A stretch of 63,248 nt of DNA, counting the filler, from Licmophora abbreviata (Eukaryota): NCBI GenBank assembly GCA_900291995.1. It is 24 parts of 24 records of this genome, joined end to end, with 100 filler letters (N's around TTAATTAATTAA, not from the genome) between each part and the next. Parts side by side here need not be neighbours in the genome. Positions count along the whole stretch, not along the records: positions 57,998 to 63,248 come from OLMU01005453.1; 23 more parts are not named here. One strand, given 5' to 3'. The notes under the pieces were generated by a model, which saw nothing but the letters and a program-made list of their open reading frames with translations, did no database searches and was not told the origin of the DNA. The position numbers and the translations under genes are program-made. Below are positions 58,844-63,248 of this stretch, piece after piece; position 1 is the first letter of the stretch; each line of letters starts with the position of its first letter.

Positions 58844-61319
58844 ATGCCGAATACGGATAAAGTTTTGGGAGGGAACAGCAGCTTCGAAGAGGCTCCTCCA
58901 GGTTTCGACTCGTGCCAGCGTGACAGTACTAGAAATGAATGCACGACCTCATCCTCTTCGTCAGAAGAAGAAGAAGAAGAAGAAGAACGACAGTCTGAAG
59001 TTTCTCCAGAGGAAGAAGAGGAATGTGCATCATGCTCTGTTGAACAAGGCGAGGTCGTTGTAAAAGCAGTATCAGTAGAAGAGGGAGTAGAAGATCTACC
59101 AGCACAGTTGCTAGAAGTTTTACAGGTGGCGTCTTGCTTTGGTGCCTCAGGATGGACGAAACGGCAGTTGGCGTGTGCTCTTGACCAAACATCCGCTTGC
59201 AAATCGATACTACGAGAAGCGGTCGAGCGACACATTGTCGTCGTCAGCAACAAACAGTATACGAGTACTAGTAATGATGGTGCAATACACTACCATGCGT
59301 ATTTCGAGTTTGCCACCGAAGAGCTACGAGCGCAAATATATCAGTCGATTCCCCAACAACAACAAGGTCGATCTGAACTTCATGCGACCATTGCTCGACG
59401 TCTGAGGACTAGACGGGAAGGGATTTCTCAAGTTGTTGTACGACAAGACGACGATGATGACAGCGACACTGAGCTCATCCTCGTACAACAGTTTCTGAAA
59501 GGCGAATCATCCATACAAGCGGATGAACACTATCCGATTGCCGCCCTGTGTCTTTCGACGGGAAAAGGGCTTGTGCGAAAGTCTGATTTCAATCAGGCAT
59601 CCTTGTATCTTAACTTTGGAGTTCGACTCTTAGTGCTTGGCAACAACGATACCAACAACAGTGACAATCGAAATCAGCGTTGTTGGCATGATGAGTATGA
59701 CTTGAGTTTGGCCTTGTATCAAGCGACAGCCGAAGTCAACTATTGTGTTGCTTGCTTTGATGAAGCGGAAGTTTGTGTCCATGCCGTGAGGGAGAATTCT
59801 CGCAACTTTCAAGATACCCATGGAGTCTATGCAACCTATGTTTACGTACTGGGGGCGCGGGGGCAACGAGAGGAAGCCATCGCTACGGGGCTAGACGTAC
59901 TGAAGCGCATGGGAGAGCCGCTGCCGTCTCATCCGAAACGGCCTCAGACTCTTTGGAACTTTATTCAAACACGACGCATGTTGGCGGGCAAATCTGACGA
60001 GATGCTATTGCGAATGCCCCCGATTGAGAATGACACAGTCATGGCGACTCTGCGCATGCTGAATCTAATCTTCTCACATGCTTTTTTCGTCCCGACCGGA
60101 ACTGGTTCCACTTTTGGTTTTTCGCATGGTACAGTTGACGGTCCGGAATGGACTTAGCGTCATGTCGTCAGTTGCCTTCGCCAAGTATGGGATGGTTCTA
60201 TGTGCTATGCGGCTCTTCGCGGACGGCGAACGGTATGCGCAGCTGGCGCTGACGCTGTTTGAACGATTTCCAGTGCAGGAATGGCTGCCCCGAGTCTATA
60301 CAGGAGTCTACGGTGGCGTCTACAGCAGTGTCAAGCTTACGGACACAACCCTCGAACCCTTGCGACACGCATATCGTGTGGGCCTCTTGACGGGTGATAT
60401 TGAGGTACGTGTCCATATCCAAGAGTTGCCATGGTATATTGTTGGTTTGCGACTCATCATATTCTTCCTTTTGGTGTCGTCTTATCCGTTTCAGTTTGCC
60501 CTTATTGCGGCGCACGTTTACGCGTACAATTTGTTTTCATTGTGTCGACCGTTGGCGTTTCTGGAACGCGAAATGGTGGAATTCTGTCATGCGGCAGAAG
60601 CACGCAAGCATGAATTGGTGCAGATACGGAATTCTATTTTTTTACAGTTTATCCAGAATCTTCGTGGCAAAGCGAGCGGGGATCCTACCATCTTGACAGG
60701 GGACATCTTTGATGAAGTCACGAACCGAGAACAGTTAACCAGTGATACAATGCTGAGGGAGTTCTTTCATTTCTACAAACTCAAGCTATGTTTTCTCTTT
60801 CGTGGCTTAAACGCGGCGCGGCATCAGGCCGAAGCGAGTCGAGGGCTTCGCCGTGTTCCGACAAGTCACGTGGGTTTCATCTACTTGCAGCTGTTCGATG
60901 CTTTGTCAGCTTTGGCGCTTTCCCGAAAAGAGGGCCAAGGACGTCGTCCTGCCAGACGCCTGACTCGCGACACGCTGAAAGCATTGGAGCGCCGCGTCTT
61001 GCAGAATCCAGTCTTCTGTAGTGGCAAGCTGTTTCTTTTGCAAGCCGAGTTGGCGTGGTCGTTACAACAACACGATGTTGCGGTTCAAAAGTTTACATGT
61101 GCGATAGCCCTGTCGTCGCAGGGTGGATTGCTGTTGGATGAGGGACTTTCCAACGAATGTACAGGCCGCTATTTTCTGGAGCGGGGTGACAAGCATCTTG
61201 CGTCGAGTCACTTTCAACAAGCTCATAAGGCCTACGTCAAATGGGGAGCCACGGCAAAAGCGGAGCATTTGGCAAACGAAATGGCGAGGTCGATGCAACT
61301 AGATCCCCTGTCTTCGTAG
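58844..61319 (+). CDS. C-terminal winged-helix/TPR-like part of a STAND/AAA-ATPase-type protein with no NTPase domain; frameshift near 60085; intron 60405-60494
   Basis: VLQVASCFG, FEFATEELRAQIY, WHDEYDLSLALY, YRVGLLTGDIE and AYVKWGATAK resemble the C-terminal region of multi-domain AAA_16-type ATPases. The in-frame 90-nt intron is GT-AG. Confidence 0.65.
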
Positions 61320-61793
61320 GAGACGATGCATCGTTGTACCGGTAGTTAGCTACAATAGTTAAGCAGAATGAATGAACTCCAAACTGCCCCTTCGTGTTCT
61401 GGTTCTATTGTACGACAGGTGGGCGATTTTCTGTACCGCAAAGTCAATATCGAGTAGTTAAGGATAACGATATGTTGTGAATCGGAAAACCCGCTTCATC
61501 GCTCGTCGTTGAGTCGAGTCAGTCGAGTCGTCGTCACACAGGTCGTCACATCGTGCTGCACTTCGGTGTGTCCCAGAATCAATCAATCGACGCCCGAGCG
61601 AAACCTCTGTCGTCTTCCAAGCTCTATTTTGTGGTTAATTCTGACTTTCTCGGAGCTTGAAATCTACTGTTGAGCCCTTCGAGTGCCAACGCAGTTGAGA
61701 TCTTGGACGGGTAAACATCTACTGTCAATTGTGACCCAAAATTCCTTCCTGGAGAGGCTTTCCTCACTCCAAGTCTAGTCTAGCTCGACAGCA

Positions 61794-62663
61794 ATGTCGG
61801 CGCCGTCGACCAATGAAGAGACCAGCGGGAGTAGTGACGCAAATTATGTCACCATGGAGGAAGCGGCAAACAGCACGGAGGGCGCCGTCGCTCAATTTGG
61901 GCTCGAGACGAGCGACTCTGATCCTTCTCGTACGCCAGCCAACTCACCAGTAAATCCAGATACTGCACCTTCACCTTATTACAAAAACTTACTACTTGGT
62001 ATTTTCTCAAGGGTCGTGCCTATTGCCTTTCTTGTGTGGTTCTTTGTCTATCACTACGACAGCAACCAGGAAGGCAAGGTCGCGTACATCGGCTTTGCGG
62101 TTCTGGCGTCGTATCTTTGCGTATTGGAACTGAGCATCATGGTGGCAGTCTACGCGAATGTACTCCATCCACTTACTTCAGCGGAAACGTCCGGAGACAA
62201 TACTGACTCGGGATTACTATTGAGACCCATGGCGACCGATGCCAGCAGTGTGCAAACGATGAATCAAATGGAACTTGCAGCCTGTTATCGCTTCTTTCGT
62301 CTGACTCCGACAGTGATGACGATCGTGAGAGAGCTTGTACCGGCAGTACTGAGTATCCTGTTTCGCGTCATGGGCTACGAGTATCACAATCACAAATGGG
62401 CTTGGGCTGTCTACCTGAACTGTGTGCTGGTGGTGGTGCCCGTATTGTGCAATCTCGTCGCACAACGAATTCGTCCTAATCCTGAAGAAGACGCCAGGAC
62501 GCGTTTCATCGTCTTGATTCTCAGAGACTTTTACGCGAGCGAGTTTGCGGCGATTACCAGTGCCACGATATTTTCGAGCAATGTTGTTTTCGACATGTTG
62601 TTCTACGGAGACTTTCTCCGACTGTGTCTACTGAATTGCGGCTGTATGAACGGGATAAGTTAG
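61794..62663 (+). CDS. Hypothetical multi-pass membrane protein
   Basis: A 289-aa ATG-initiated ORF with about five hydrophobic segments. Confidence 0.6.
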   Translation: MSAPSTNEETSGSSDANYVTMEEAANSTEGAVAQFGLETSDSDPSRTPANSPVNPDTAPSPYYKNLLLGIFSRVVPIAFLVWFFVYHYDSNQEGKVAYIGFAVLASYLCVLELSIMVAVYANVLHPLTSAETSGDNTDSGLLLRPMATDASSVQTMNQMELAACYRFFRLTPTVMTIVRELVPAVLSILFRVMGYEYHNHKWAWAVYLNCVLVVVPVLCNLVAQRIRPNPEEDARTRFIVLILRDFYASEFAAITSATIFSSNVVFDMLFYGDFLRLCLLNCGCMNGIS

Positions 62664-63248
62664 GTGTAGATGGGTGTGCAGGTCATGACCATGGCAACGT
62701 CTAGAAGACTCTACTACTCTCAGATACTACTGTAGTAGGTTGCCGGCTGCTCCTCATACTCGTATGGTAATCTAGGCCCGAAAATCGATGGTTGAGAGAG
62801 TGTCTTACGAGTAGCCCTGTTAGGGATGTTCCAAACGGGAATGGCTTGTAAGCACGAATGAAATCATCCAGTCGTGTTTGTTTTCAGTCTTGAACGTGAG
62901 AATACCGACCTCGCAAAAGAGAAATCGAGGTCCGAGCTCCTCTTTGCGCCAGTTTGGGATTCTCGTACGCGATCAGTATGTTTCTACGTGATTGAGTGTG
63001 TTGCATCATGTCCTACGACATGACGTATTAGTTTCGCCTCTTCAGACGGTCGAAGTTCGGATTCCTATGCGGAAAAGATGCCGCTTCAATGAGAATTCAT
63101 CGTAGAGACCAGTACAAAACAACGTGCAAAGGGAATGTCTCGAAACAAATCGAATTCCATGAGGATGCTCTGACTGTGATTTTCGCCACGTAGTCACTCG
63201 TACTTCTTGTACCGTGACGTACGTAGGAGTCTCTCCAAACGCTCCCAC

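Noticed and set aside
16590..60100. Single frameshifts in the FAM172-like (~16600), repeat-protein (~24630), TMC-like (~52320) and STAND-like (~60085) genes as programmed frameshifting or pseudogenes
   Set aside because: They are scattered, often beside short homopolymers, in a fragmented assembly. Sequencing indels are the simpler explanation until reads are checked.
1..63248. tRNA or rRNA genes
   Set aside because: None was recognisable by eye. tRNAscan-SE or Infernal would be needed to exclude small RNAs.

Overview
This is gene-dense eukaryotic nuclear DNA, most likely from a pennate diatom. The evidence is short GT-AG introns, signal peptide + 'AF' bipartite plastid presequences, and a CoDi-like Ty1/copia fragment. 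The window holds 24 short contigs joined by 23 artificial 100-bp linkers (N44-TTAATTAATTAA-N44). Several genes read across a linker, so many joins are true scaffold adjacencies, but not all need be. Recognisable genes include BOP1, PSMD5, MTR4, a FAM172/Arb2-like protein, ALG8, GT31 and GT34 glycosyltransferases, a sulfotransferase, purU, carbamate kinase and a COG2403 (ArcE/cDPGS-like) enzyme. Scattered single-base frameshifts look like sequencing errors. Three things stand out. (1) A contig made only of a Crypton-type tyrosine recombinase tail-to-tail with a RusA Holliday-junction resolvase, a candidate undescribed mobile element. (2) An intron-containing arginine-synthetase-like gene directly beside carbamate kinase, a candidate eukaryotic ATP-yielding arginine catabolism cluster. 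(3) A plastid-targeted repeat protein next to its short paralogue. All calls come from reading motifs; no database searches were run.
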